NCBI GenBank assembly: GCA_918234285.1
Contig: CAKJXZ020000007.1
Location: 1 to 38,216, forward strand
DNA length: 38,216 nucleotides
Reading direction: 5' to 3'
Source: Pseudomonadota bacterium
GTDB lineage: Bacteria; Pseudomonadota; Alphaproteobacteria; RF32; CAG-239
In this document: positions 1-9,241 of the stretch, one piece after another
Numbering within the stretch: position 1 is the stretch's first letter
Layout of the letters: every line of letters begins with the position of its first letter
Notes under the pieces: model-generated
What the model saw: the letters and a program-made list of their open reading frames with translations, nothing else
What the model was told of the DNA's origin: nothing
Databases searched by the model: none
Translations under genes and position numbers: made by a program

Positions 1-1
1 A

Positions 2-226
2 AGTCAGTTGATTATTGTTGCACGAAAAATATGCGCCGACTTTTTGCGGTGCCCCTTGCAAAGATGTCAATTGATTATTTTCGCACCGAAAATCTCCGCC
101 GACTTTTTGCGGTGCCCCTTGCAAAGATGTCAATTGATTATTTTCGCACCGAAAACTTCCCTCCACGATAACTTTGGATAAATCCGGTAACTTGGTCAAT
201 CCTTTATCACTTAAATCCAAATCTCC
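2..226 (-). CDS. Partial LRR protein frame (21-aa repeats) running off the left edge; no convincing start, so possibly a 5'-truncated or silent cassette
   Basis: Manual translation 226->2: GDLDLSDKGLTKLPDLSKVIVEGSFRCENNQLTSLQGAPQKVGGDFRCENNQLTSLQGAPQKVGAYFSCNNNQLT, which fits the LRR LxxLxLxxNxL-type pattern. No in-frame ATG. The upstream GTG (262-260) lies inside the lon terminator stem and an in-frame TAA is at 268-266. Confidence 0.8.
3..155. repeat. 63-bp-period tandem repeat (about 2.4 copies) encoding the LRR units
   Basis: Units start at 3, 66 and 129; 34-92 and 97-155 form an exact 59-bp direct repeat. Confidence 0.95.
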
Positions 227-249
227 AAAATTTATATTTTTTTTGATAC

Positions 250-281
250 AAAAAAGACTCACCCGTTATGAGTGAGTCTTT
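250..281 (-). terminator. Intrinsic terminator of lon
   Basis: Minus strand AAAGACTCAC-(9 nt)-GTGAGTCTTT running into a T tract, about 20 nt after the lon stop. Confidence 0.85.
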
Positions 282-299
282 CTCAACAACAAAATATGA

Positions 300-2663
300 T
301 TATTTTTTCGTCTTTTTGGAGCCTTTTTTACGCAAGGCAATTTCCAAAACTTCCGAAGCTGACGAAACCGGAACAATCTTCATTCCCGATTTCACATTGT
401 CCGGAATTTCCGCCAAATCCTTCATATTTTCCTTAGGGATTATCACGGTTTTGATACCACCGCGCAATGCCGCCAACAGCTTTTCCTTGAGGCCGCCAAT
501 CGGCAACACCCTGCCCTGCAACGTAATCTCTCCGGTCATCGCCACATCGCTCTTCACCGGCGTTTTAGTAAACACCGACACCAGCGTGGTATACATGGCA
601 ATACCGGCCGACGGTCCGTCTTTCGGGGTCGCGCCCTCCGGCACATGAACGTGAATATCTGTTTTATCGAACACTTCCGGCTTAATCCCCAGTTCCTTGG
701 AATGCGAACGCACCACCGAATACGCGGTTTCTATCGATTCTTTCATCACATCGCCGAGCTTACCGGTTTGCGTAACTTTGCCTTTGCCCGGCATATCCAC
801 CGCCTCGATAAACAGAATATCGCCGCCGACTTCAGTCCAAGCCAAACCGGTCGTAACTCCGATATGGTCTTGCTTTTCCGCTTCGCCGTAACTGAAACGA
901 CGTACCCCGAGATATTTATCCAAATTCTTCGGCGTCACCTCCACCTTGATGCACTTGCCTTTTTCCAGCAAAATTTCTTTGGTGGCCTTGCGGGCGATGG
1001 TTGCCAGTTCGCGCTCCAAATTACGCACACCGGCCTCCCGCGTATAATAACGAATAATATCGCGGATAGTATCGTCGGTTATCACCAACTCCGAGCACTG
1101 CACCGCATTTTCATCAAACACTTTGCCGATGAGGTGCCGCTTGGCGATTTCAACCTTTTCATCTTCGGTATAGCCCGACAGCTGAATAATTTCCATACGG
1201 TCCAAAAGCGGCCGCGGCATATCAAGCGAATTGGCCGTGGTCACAAACATCACGTCAGACAAATCATAGTCAACATCGAGATAATGGTCTTCAAACGTGT
1301 TGTTCTGCTCCGGGTCCAATACCTCCAGCAGCGCCGAACTCGGATCGCCGCGCCAATCGTTGCCGAGTTTATCTATCTCGTCCAGCAAAAACAGCGGATT
1401 GGAAACACCGGCTTTTTTCATAGATTGCACGATTTTTCCCGGCATGGCTCCGATATAGGTACGACGGTGTCCTCTGATTTCCGCCTCGTCACGCATACCG
1501 CCGAGTGATGCCCGCACAAAATTACGGTTGGTGGCACGAGCTATCGACTTGCCGAGCGAAGTTTTGCCCACTCCCGGAGGTCCCACTAAGCACAAAATCG
1601 GTGCCTTCAAATTTTTAGAACGTGACTGCACCGCCAAATACTCGACTATGCGCTCTTTAACTTTTTCCAGTCCGTAATGGTCTTCTTCCAACACCGCGAT
1701 GGCCTTTTCCAAATCACGATTGAGTTTGGTTTTCTTATCCCACGGCAAATCCAAAAGCCAATCCAAATAATTGCGAACAATTGAGCTTTCCGGTGTATTC
1801 GGTCCCATGCTCCGCAATTTTTTGAGTTCGGAGAGCGCCTTTTCTCGCGCTTCTTTAGTAAATTTAGTAGCATTGATACGCTTCAGATAATTACTGTTTT
1901 CATCATCTTCGTCACCGTCATGCAATTCTTTCTGAATTGCCTTCATCTGCTCGTTCAAATAATATTCTTTTTGGCTTTTTTCCATCTGTTTTTTAACGCG
2001 GTGCTTAATCTTATCTTCTACTTCCAGCACCATCATCTCGGTATCAATCAGCTGCAGAATTTTATTCAGCCTGTCTTGCAGATTGTTGGCCTCGAGCAAA
2101 AACTGTTTATCTTCGGTTTTGAGTGACAAATGCGATGCCACCGTATCTGCCAGCTTATCATACTCGCTGATTTGCTTGATTGATTGAATTACATCATACG
2201 GAATTTTTTTATTGAGTTTTACATATTCTTCAAATTGGCTGACAACGGCGCGCGCCCACGATTCCAGCGACTTTTTATCCGGTTCTTCCTGCGGATAACT
2301 CTCGATAGCGGCGGTAATATAGGTTTTATTATCACGAAATGCCGTGATTTTCACGCGTTCCAAACCTTCAACCAGCAACTTAACCGTACCGTCCGGCAAT
2401 TTGAGCATCTGCAAAACATTACACAAGGTCCCGACTTTATACAAATCTTTGGCACCCGGAACCTCGATATCGCCTTTTTTCTGCATAACCAGAACCATCT
2501 CCGAACCCTTATCGTTCGCTTTTTGCACGGCTTCAATAGATTTTTCCCGCCCCACAAAAATCGGCACAATCATTTTCGGATACACCACAACGTCACGCAA
2601 CGGCAAAACCGGCAGAACTTGTTCTTTTTCCGCTGTTTTTTCCTCCGTTTTCTTTTCCTTCAT
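300..2663 (-). CDS. lon: ATP-dependent Lon protease (endopeptidase La)
   Basis: 787 aa; N-domain LPVLPLRDVVVYP, Walker A GPPGVGKT, Walker B LLDEIDK, catalytic PKDGPSAG Ser and GGLKEK Lys. Confidence 0.98.
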   Translation of the reverse strand: MKEKKTEEKTAEKEQVLPVLPLRDVVVYPKMIVPIFVGREKSIEAVQKANDKGSEMVLVMQKKGDIEVPGAKDLYKVGTLCNVLQMLKLPDGTVKLLVEGLERVKITAFRDNKTYITAAIESYPQEEPDKKSLESWARAVVSQFEEYVKLNKKIPYDVIQSIKQISEYDKLADTVASHLSLKTEDKQFLLEANNLQDRLNKILQLIDTEMMVLEVEDKIKHRVKKQMEKSQKEYYLNEQMKAIQKELHDGDEDDENSNYLKRINATKFTKEAREKALSELKKLRSMGPNTPESSIVRNYLDWLLDLPWDKKTKLNRDLEKAIAVLEEDHYGLEKVKERIVEYLAVQSRSKNLKAPILCLVGPPGVGKTSLGKSIARATNRNFVRASLGGMRDEAEIRGHRRTYIGAMPGKIVQSMKKAGVSNPLFLLDEIDKLGNDWRGDPSSALLEVLDPEQNNTFEDHYLDVDYDLSDVMFVTTANSLDMPRPLLDRMEIIQLSGYTEDEKVEIAKRHLIGKVFDENAVQCSELVITDDTIRDIIRYYTREAGVRNLERELATIARKATKEILLEKGKCIKVEVTPKNLDKYLGVRRFSYGEAEKQDHIGVTTGLAWTEVGGDILFIEAVDMPGKGKVTQTGKLGDVMKESIETAYSVVRSHSKELGIKPEVFDKTDIHVHVPEGATPKDGPSAGIAMYTTLVSVFTKTPVKSDVAMTGEITLQGRVLPIGGLKEKLLAALRGGIKTVIIPKENMKDLAEIPDNVKSGMKIVPVSSASEVLEIALRKKGSKKTKK

Positions 2664-2771
2664 CTTGATTTCATCCTATTTTAAAAAACATTCTTTTCTA
2701 TATATAGGACGGCTTTTAATCTTCTACAATAGGACAAACGGATTTTTCCCAAAAATTATTTCGGTAGTCGG

Positions 2772-3686
2772 TTATTTACCTGACCTGATTGATTTTTCAA
2801 GTTGCGACGCTTCAAATTTATTGATTTTGGCTCCGGCCTCTTCCGCCGCTTTTGCCAACAATTTGCGCAGCAACGTATCGGCTATCTCTTGTTCATCTTT
2901 ATCGGCGGCAAATAAAATAAAGTGTGTCTGCTTAATATTTGTCGGCAAAAAGTCATCTATTTTGTCGGAAAAAACATCAAGTTCAACCTGCATATGCATT
3001 TTATGATGTTCGGTATCGATTTCATCCACTTCAGCTTTGAGCAAACGCGGAACAACTTCGTAATCGGCCAATTTGGCATCGTCGGTAACGAAAAAATACT
3101 CACTATGCGAAAACAATCCGGTCAATAAATCCTGATAATGATTGGTTTCTTCACCATTCCAAAAAACCATTTTGCGAATATAAAGCAAGCGCTTTTCCGC
3201 AAGTTTTCGCGGCCTGAACGCGGTTTCTTCATTGACCTGTTTTGCCACTTCCTCAATTTGTTCTTCCGGAGCATCGCTGTCATGATATTCTTGTACCAGC
3301 GCATCCAACTGTTCTCCGGTCATAACTATGTCGGCATGCAAATTCACACACACCCGGTTACCGTCGGCGAGTGTAACCTCATGCCGACTGTCAGACATAT
3401 ATTCATCAATAATTCTGTAGGATATGATATCCAATGCGTTGGCACTCAAATTCGGATAATATTTTTGAATAATACCGGAAAGTTTTACCGCCGCCAATCC
3501 GGCTTTATCCACCGCACGATTCTCCGCTGTTTGTTTATCATCATTAGGGCTGCGCTCATCGCAGGCATCGGCCGTTACCGCTTCGTTTATAACCGTATTA
3601 TCCGCGGATACTGCCGTACCGCAACCGAGCACTCCCCACGTTGCCAACAATGCACTGATGAAAACAATATCCTGTTTTTTTACCAC
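2772..3686 (-). CDS. Exported hypothetical protein (weak FlgT/LPP20-like N-terminus)
   Basis: Long ORF. Likely start is GTG at 3686, overlapping the upstream stop, with GGAG upstream. Hydrophobic signal-like N-terminus; AENRAVDKAGLAAV helix pattern. Family call is tentative. Confidence 0.7.
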   Translation of the reverse strand: MVKKQDIVFISALLATWGVLGCGTAVSADNTVINEAVTADACDERSPNDDKQTAENRAVDKAGLAAVKLSGIIQKYYPNLSANALDIISYRIIDEYMSDSRHEVTLADGNRVCVNLHADIVMTGEQLDALVQEYHDSDAPEEQIEEVAKQVNEETAFRPRKLAEKRLLYIRKMVFWNGEETNHYQDLLTGLFSHSEYFFVTDDAKLADYEVVPRLLKAEVDEIDTEHHKMHMQVELDVFSDKIDDFLPTNIKQTHFILFAADKDEQEIADTLLRKLLAKAAEEAGAKINKFEASQLEKSIRSGK

Positions 3687-4360
3687 CAACTTCTGTCTCC
3701 CTGAGCCTGATGGATAATCTCGCTCCATTCACCGACAATCTGTCCGTCCGGTGCTTTCAAAAACAAGTCATATTTAATTGCCGGCACGGTTTTTGTTGCC
3801 GTATCATACCAATCGGCGCGGCTGCTGACCACATAGTCGGCATTTTTCTTTTTATCTACCACGCTGACTTTATCCATTTGCTCGAAGCGCGATTTGAGAG
3901 TTTGTGTCCCTTTATCCATACCGCCCGGCAAATCGGCTGATTTCGGCTCGGCATCGTCGATATACACTTTCATCGGCCCCACTTGCTTAAAGAACGCGGC
4001 CGCTTCCGATTGCATGGAGTTCACTGTTCTATTGGCGGAAATCACATAAATCTCCGGCGCATCCGGCACATAATACTCTTCTTTGCCGTCAGTATTTTCA
4101 ACCCCATTATCACAGCAACGCCGCTTTTGCTTCGGCTGAACTTTTTCCAAAACCCGCGGCTTAAGCACCATCGGCTCCGTTCTACCCACGCAATCCGGTT
4201 GCGCACACGTTGTGCACGGCATGGCCGCCGGCACTACCGCAACATTATTTACTGCCTGTTCCTGAGGTTGCTTTGCCGCAGACTTACCGCAATCCGGCGA
4301 AGTACACACAGTGCAACCGGTCAAAAGTGCAACCGCACCAAACAAAAATGTTTTTTTCAT
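3680..4360 (-). CDS. Lipoprotein with Cys-rich N-terminus and possible LpoB/CsgG-like domain
   Basis: MKK start, lipobox LLTGC, AAGGAG SD. C-terminal ADYVVSS...YDLFLK..DGQIVGEW resembles the LpoB/CsgG fold (inference). Confidence 0.75.
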   Translation of the reverse strand: MKKTFLFGAVALLTGCTVCTSPDCGKSAAKQPQEQAVNNVAVVPAAMPCTTCAQPDCVGRTEPMVLKPRVLEKVQPKQKRRCCDNGVENTDGKEEYYVPDAPEIYVISANRTVNSMQSEAAAFFKQVGPMKVYIDDAEPKSADLPGGMDKGTQTLKSRFEQMDKVSVVDKKKNADYVVSSRADWYDTATKTVPAIKYDLFLKAPDGQIVGEWSEIIHQAQGDRSWW

Positions 4361-4409
4361 TACCGTCTCCTTTATCGACTCTCATACAATACCTTATGAC
4401 ACATTTACC

Positions 4410-4424
4410 TTAAAAATACCTTAA
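4410..4424. promoter_or_regulatory. CtrA-type box TTAA-N7-TTAA
   Basis: TTAA aaatacc TTAA in the divergent intergenic region 4361-4496. Confidence 0.55.
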
Positions 4425-4441
4425 TATTTAAGAAGTATAAC

Positions 4442-4469
4442 TTGAAATATCTTGCAACCGCGCTATACT
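4442..4469 (+). promoter_or_regulatory. Putative sigma70 promoter for the DUF1294/DUF4139 genes
   Basis: TTGAAA-16 nt-TATACT, followed by GGAG SD and ATG at 4497. Confidence 0.5.
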
Positions 4470-4496
4470 GGCGATTATTAAACGGAGAACAATAAA

Positions 4497-4940
4497 ATGT
4501 TTATAACGTTTTTAGCAATTATGACGCCTTTTTTAATTTTGATACGCCCGTTGCAACGCAATATTTTCTTTGTTTTATATTATGCAGCGATGGTTTTGGC
4601 GGCTTATGTGACGGAAAAATATTATTTTCGCCTTCCTGATTTCTCGCATAAGGTTTTTTTAATCTTTATAGTTTATCATCTTATCTGCATAAATGTGACA
4701 ACTTTTTTGGCTTACGGTGTTGATAAGCGCGCCGCGGTCAACGGTTCGTGGCGTATTCCCGAGGCACATCTGCACACTCTCGAATTCTTGGGAGGCTGGC
4801 TCGGAGCGTATATAGCGCAAAAAGTGTTCCGCCACAAAACCAAAAAGAAAAGTTTCCGCATAATGTTTTGGCTGATGCTTGTTTTGCAACTCGCCGCCGT
4901 TTATATTATTTTGAAATATTTGGGATTTATCAATTTTTAA
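4497..4940 (+). CDS. DUF1294 family membrane protein
   Basis: YGVDKRAA..WRIPEAHLH..GGWLGA..FRHKTKK signature. Confidence 0.9.
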   Translation: MFITFLAIMTPFLILIRPLQRNIFFVLYYAAMVLAAYVTEKYYFRLPDFSHKVFLIFIVYHLICINVTTFLAYGVDKRAAVNGSWRIPEAHLHTLEFLGGWLGAYIAQKVFRHKTKKKSFRIMFWLMLVLQLAAVYIILKYLGFINF

Positions 4941-4951
4941 GGGAGATAAAT

Positions 4952-6409
4952 ATGCGTTACGGTTTACTGTTTTTGTTATGTACGGCTTTGACCGGCGCGG
5001 CTCAGGCCGAACCATTGCTCTTAAAGAATGAGGACAACTCTCTGTCTTTGAGCATATACAACAAAAATCTGGCCCTGGTTAAAGATATCAGACCTGCCGC
5101 CATCCAATCAGGCAACAACGAAATAGTTTTTGACGGTGTGGCCAGCCGCATTCAGGCAGAAACCGCAATTATTTACGGTGATGGCATTGCGGTTACGGAA
5201 CAAAATTACAGTTACAATCTGATGTCTTACAATAACTTCATCAAGCAATCTATCGGCAAAAAGGTCAAAACTGTCCGCATAAATCCGACCACCGGCGATA
5301 ATATTTATGAAACGGCCACCTTAATCGGTGAAGCCGGCGGACGCCCGATTCTGGAATTTGCTTACGGTATCGATTCCGACTTTCCGGGACGCGTCGTTTT
5401 CAACAACATTCCGGCCGGAATGAGCAACCAACCGACCTTAACCGCCAAAATCAACGCCAAGCAAGGCGGAGAAAAAAATCTGTATTTGGCATACTTAACC
5501 GGCGGCCTGAGCTGGAAAACCGATTATGTAGCCAATGTCCGCTCCAAAGATTCGCTTGACCTGACCGGTTGGGTTACCATCAACAACGAGTCCGGTATTG
5601 ATTATAACCAGGCCAAAATCCAGCTGATAGCCGGCGACGTCAATATCGTGCGTCCGATGATGGCGCGCTCGTTCAACATGGCCAAGGGTATGGTGGCGAT
5701 GGCCGCTTACGATACGAACGAAGCCATCAATATCGAGCCGGAAAGCATCAACAGTTACGAACTGTATACGCTGCCGAATATGACTACGATTAAGGATAAG
5801 CAAACCAAACAAATTGCCTTAATTGAAAAGCACGATGTCAAATACTTAAAAGAATTTAACTTGCGTACGCCTTTTTATTTCGGCGACGACAACAACGAAT
5901 TCGAAAAGCTGCACCCGTCAATCACCTATGTAGTTGAAAATAATGCCGATTCGCATTTGGGTATTTCGTTGCCGGCCGGTACCGTGCGTTTTTATGAAAA
6001 CGATAAAAGCGGCAATTTGCAATTTATCGGCTCGGATAACATAAACCACACCGCCAAAGAAGATACTCTGCGCCTGCATTTGGGCGATGCGTTCAATATT
6101 TCGGTCAAGGGCAAAGTAACTAAGGCCAAAGAAAGAGAAATCGACCGCCAACCGAACCGTTTATGCTATAATATCAAACTGCTCAAAACCTATGAGGTGG
6201 AAGTTACGGTCAACAATGCCGAAGGCGAAGACAATACCGTGATTTTGAGCCAACATTTCCCGGAAGACTATAAAATAGTTAAGGAAAGCATTAAGGGCGA
6301 GGAGAAAAATGCCACCGTTCGGCAGTGGAAGGTTCCGGTTGACCACGATAGCAAAAAAACTCTCAATTACACTGTGGAAATCAAATCGCAAGAAAGAATT
6401 TGCGACTGA
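4952..6409 (+). CDS. DUF4139 domain-containing exported protein
   Basis: Start refined to ATG 4952 (GGGAG SD; signal peptide ending AQA). Motifs LSIYNKNLALVKD, YLTGGLSWKTDY, LGISLPAGTVRFY. Confidence 0.85.
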   Translation: MRYGLLFLLCTALTGAAQAEPLLLKNEDNSLSLSIYNKNLALVKDIRPAAIQSGNNEIVFDGVASRIQAETAIIYGDGIAVTEQNYSYNLMSYNNFIKQSIGKKVKTVRINPTTGDNIYETATLIGEAGGRPILEFAYGIDSDFPGRVVFNNIPAGMSNQPTLTAKINAKQGGEKNLYLAYLTGGLSWKTDYVANVRSKDSLDLTGWVTINNESGIDYNQAKIQLIAGDVNIVRPMMARSFNMAKGMVAMAAYDTNEAINIEPESINSYELYTLPNMTTIKDKQTKQIALIEKHDVKYLKEFNLRTPFYFGDDNNEFEKLHPSITYVVENNADSHLGISLPAGTVRFYENDKSGNLQFIGSDNINHTAKEDTLRLHLGDAFNISVKGKVTKAKEREIDRQPNRLCYNIKLLKTYEVEVTVNNAEGEDNTVILSQHFPEDYKIVKESIKGEEKNATVRQWKVPVDHDSKKTLNYTVEIKSQERICD

Positions 6410-6487
6410 TAAATACCCAGAAAAGAGCATTGACAAAGCATAAAAATATATGATAGTGTGTTTTTAATTTTGAATAGGAGAAAAAAT

Positions 6488-6916
6488 ATGGATGATGAAT
6501 ACATACAAACTTTAAGTTATGACGAGAAACTCATATTCTTAAAGGTTTTCTGTCGCTTAGTGCGTGCCGACGGTAATATTGATGCCGATGAGATTGCTTT
6601 CTTGAAGAGCATTGCGGCTCGTTACGGCATTGACAACAATACCATGCTCAGCATTATTAAAGATCCGAACATTGATTTTGTGGCCGAAGCCCAAAAAATT
6701 CATGACCGCGCTCATGCTTTGCAGCTTGTTAAAGAGATGTGCGTTCTCGCCAACATTGACAACGATTTGGCCGATGCCGAATTGGATATTGTTATCGACA
6801 GCGCCCGTGCCATGGGTATTGAGGACGAAAAAATAATCTTAATCAACCGTTGGGTTTTGGATAGCTTGATTTTAAGCAAGACCGGACAAATCATCATGGA
6901 ACAAAACAATGGATAG
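6488..6916 (+). CDS. TerB family protein
   Basis: ADGNIDADE..L..IA..YGI plus a second ANIDNDLADAE..SARAMGI half-repeat; AGGAG SD before ATG 6488; TTGACA at 6430. Confidence 0.8.
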   Translation: MDDEYIQTLSYDEKLIFLKVFCRLVRADGNIDADEIAFLKSIAARYGIDNNTMLSIIKDPNIDFVAEAQKIHDRAHALQLVKEMCVLANIDNDLADAELDIVIDSARAMGIEDEKIILINRWVLDSLILSKTGQIIMEQNNG

Positions 6917-7286
6917 AAACGAATTAAAAAATACTTTGCACGAACAATTCGCTCCGATGGATGAAGCGGTCCAGAAAAAGCTGGACTATCTGCAAAGTGA
7001 CGATGTTTTCACGGACAACCCGTATATGCCGGAAGACAACGAAAATGAAGCCATAGCCGGAGGCGACTCTTTGATGAGCGCATTCGGCGCAACCGGTAAT
7101 TCCGCAGCACCGCGAACCATGAAGCAACCGCCGATAGCCGGATATACTCCGAGTCCGGCAGCTGCGCCTCAACAGTCTTCCGCAGGGCAGACAACAACAG
7201 CTTCAAGCAGTCAGAGTATGGCAGCCAGAATTGCCGCTCTGCGCGGTATTTCAATGCCGGGAGATTATATAAAACGCAAAAATTAA
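6909..7286 (+). CDS. Hypothetical low-complexity protein, translationally coupled to the TerB-like gene
   Basis: 8-nt overlap with the upstream gene; ends before a terminator; A/S/Q/P-rich with a C-terminal ARIAALRG. Confidence 0.7.
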   Translation: MDRNELKNTLHEQFAPMDEAVQKKLDYLQSDDVFTDNPYMPEDNENEAIAGGDSLMSAFGATGNSAAPRTMKQPPIAGYTPSPAAAPQQSSAGQTTTASSSQSMAARIAALRGISMPGDYIKRKN

Positions 7287-7300
7287 ATTCATCATACCAT

Positions 7301-7337
7301 AAATTAAAGGCCCGAATGACTTTCGGGCCTTTAATTT
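7301..7337. terminator. Bidirectional intrinsic terminator
   Basis: Perfect 16-bp inverted repeat AAATTAAAGGCCCGAA-tgact-TTCGGGCCTTTAATTT between convergent genes. Confidence 0.9.
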
Positions 7338-8371
7338 TACTTTTCTTTTAATTTGTAAATTTCACGACATTTTTCCGCGGTTTTTCGCACATTGCGATAG
7401 GCTTTTTCCGCATATTCCGGAAATTCGCTCGCTACCCATGCACAAAAATACGGCGTAACGTCATCACGTGACAGCACCTCGGGTATAACCTTACGAACCT
7501 TATCTTTCTCCATTTCTACGGACTTAAGAATAAAGTCGCTTTCCTTTATAGAGGGTGCTTCCACTCCGAAAAAGCCGATTTCGCGTTCCAACTTACGCAA
7601 CGGCTTGCGCAATCTCGAAATTTCGTAGGCCCAGCGTAAATCGGGAAAACGTCCCAGAATTTTTCGCGACAATTCGTCGGATACCACAAAAGTGTTGAAC
7701 AACAGCTCATTCAATACCTCGCGACTGCCGCTTTCCGCCAACTGTTGCATCGTAGGGATAAACAGGATGTTGGTCTCCATCGAACAATTTTTGACCAGTT
7801 CAATGGTGATTTCATCATCGTTTAGCGCTAACAGCGACAGCTGCAGAGCCGGTGTCTGAAACTTATTCTTCTGCAAAGAAGACACATAAGTCCACAATGC
7901 CATGTGATAACTGTTGCCAAACGGCCTATCGTTTCCCTCTTTTGCACATAAATCAATCAAGAGATGTTCCAAATCGGGAGGCAACACAAAACCGTGCACA
8001 TAGGCAATAAGTTTCGGCAAAGCCGATTTTTCAAACAACATTTTCTGATGCACCTTATCCAAGGCCGCCGGAAAACGCGAAAAACGACTTATCGGCATTT
8101 TCTGAACAAGCCACTCCTGCTCATACGGCATCAGCCTACGGCCGCGGCGAATGTTCTCAAAATACAGGTATTTCAGCTCATCCGAACCGTCATAAACGTG
8201 TTTCAACCACTGTTTTTCCGGTGTATGAGAGTTAAAGTACGCTTTCAGGGCGTACTCTGCAATTTTTGACTTTTTACGGTCAAACATATTGCACAAGGCA
8301 AAGAAATCCTCCGTGCTGAGTCCGACTGCGCGAACTTTAAGCCAGCACCACAACATACTAATAATATTCAT
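7337..8371 (-). CDS. Orphan hypothetical protein (Leu-rich, probably helical)
   Basis: Long ORF filling the gap between the terminator and the GT2 gene. Start placed at ATG 8371, downstream of a TTGACT -35; start uncertain. Confidence 0.7.
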   Translation of the reverse strand: MNIISMLWCWLKVRAVGLSTEDFFALCNMFDRKKSKIAEYALKAYFNSHTPEKQWLKHVYDGSDELKYLYFENIRRGRRLMPYEQEWLVQKMPISRFSRFPAALDKVHQKMLFEKSALPKLIAYVHGFVLPPDLEHLLIDLCAKEGNDRPFGNSYHMALWTYVSSLQKNKFQTPALQLSLLALNDDEITIELVKNCSMETNILFIPTMQQLAESGSREVLNELLFNTFVVSDELSRKILGRFPDLRWAYEISRLRKPLRKLEREIGFFGVEAPSIKESDFILKSVEMEKDKVRKVIPEVLSRDDVTPYFCAWVASEFPEYAEKAYRNVRKTAEKCREIYKLKEK

Positions 8372-8470
8372 GATGTAAATAATATGATTTTGTTCTCTTG
8401 TAACATTTTTTTGTACAAAAGTCAAGCCGTGAATTGTTATAAATTGACAAAAAATCCGGTGCAAATAAAA

Positions 8471-9241
8471 TTATTTATCGGCTTGAGTTGCCTTCCACTC
8501 AAACCATTTGGCGATTTTCAAAAAGCGGAAATAAGCCAGCGTTACCGCCGAAACAAAGCCCCAACGCCCGTTCAAAAACTGACGCTTAATAATGTAATAG
8601 CAGAAAAACTGCCGGAAAAATTCCGTAACCAGACGTATCCGCGAATAATGTTTGCCCTCGGACAGCGCCGTTTCCAACACCTGATTGGTAAAGCGGTTCA
8701 ATTTATTGATTTGATTCTCGAGCGTAAGGTACGAATAGTGATAGACCAGCCCCTTGAGCTGCCCTACCCGCACATCTTCAGTCAGCGCAATCCGGTCTTT
8801 AGTCAGCAAATCCGGATGCATGGTGGCATAGTTGCGATGATACAGCCGCTCCAAATTATACATTTTAGTAAACGGACGTGGATGTTTAAATCCCGGAAAC
8901 ATATCGCCGATTCGCACTTTATACACCATATAAAGCGGGTCTTTTTTAATCTCGTTGATTTCGGCAATCAATTCGTCGGAGAGCACTTCATCGGCATCAA
9001 TCGAAAGCAACCATTCGTTTTGGCACTGATTCTGCGCAAAGTTTTTCTGGTTGGCATAGCTTATCCAATCGCGGTGCATAAATCTGACTTTTGCGTGTTT
9101 TTTGGCGACTTCTTCGGTTTTATCGGTACTACCGCTGTCCACCACCACGATTTCATCGGCAACCCGGTCCAGCGCATCCAAAGTCTTACCGAGGCGCTTT
9201 TCTTCATTAAAAGTAATCACATAAGCCGATATCTTTACCAT
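8471..9241 (-). CDS. Glycosyltransferase family 2 (KdtX/WaaE/LgtF-like LPS core glucosyltransferase)
   Basis: ISAYVITFNEE, VVVDSGSTDKT, QKNFA, DADE and HYSY motifs. Confidence 0.92.
   Translation of the reverse strand: MVKISAYVITFNEEKRLGKTLDALDRVADEIVVVDSGSTDKTEEVAKKHAKVRFMHRDWISYANQKNFAQNQCQNEWLLSIDADEVLSDELIAEINEIKKDPLYMVYKVRIGDMFPGFKHPRPFTKMYNLERLYHRNYATMHPDLLTKDRIALTEDVRVGQLKGLVYHYSYLTLENQINKLNRFTNQVLETALSEGKHYSRIRLVTEFFRQFFCYYIIKRQFLNGRWGFVSAVTLAYFRFLKIAKWFEWKATQADK

Noticed and set aside
3-155. CRISPR array at the left edge
   Set aside because: No unique spacers; whole 63-bp units repeat and encode an LRR frame; no cas genes in the window.
2-226. DGR template/variable repeat pair
   Set aside because: Differences between units include non-adenine changes and there is no reverse transcriptase in the window; a DGR elsewhere cannot be excluded.
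268-3006. Plus-strand ORFs 268-648, 645-1508, 2184-2684 and 2344-3006
   Set aside because: Antisense shadows of lon with no recognisable motifs.
4748-4951. N-terminal extension of the DUF4139 ORF
   Set aside because: Overlaps DUF1294; the SD and signal peptide point to ATG 4952. Similar over-long starts were trimmed for several other genes.
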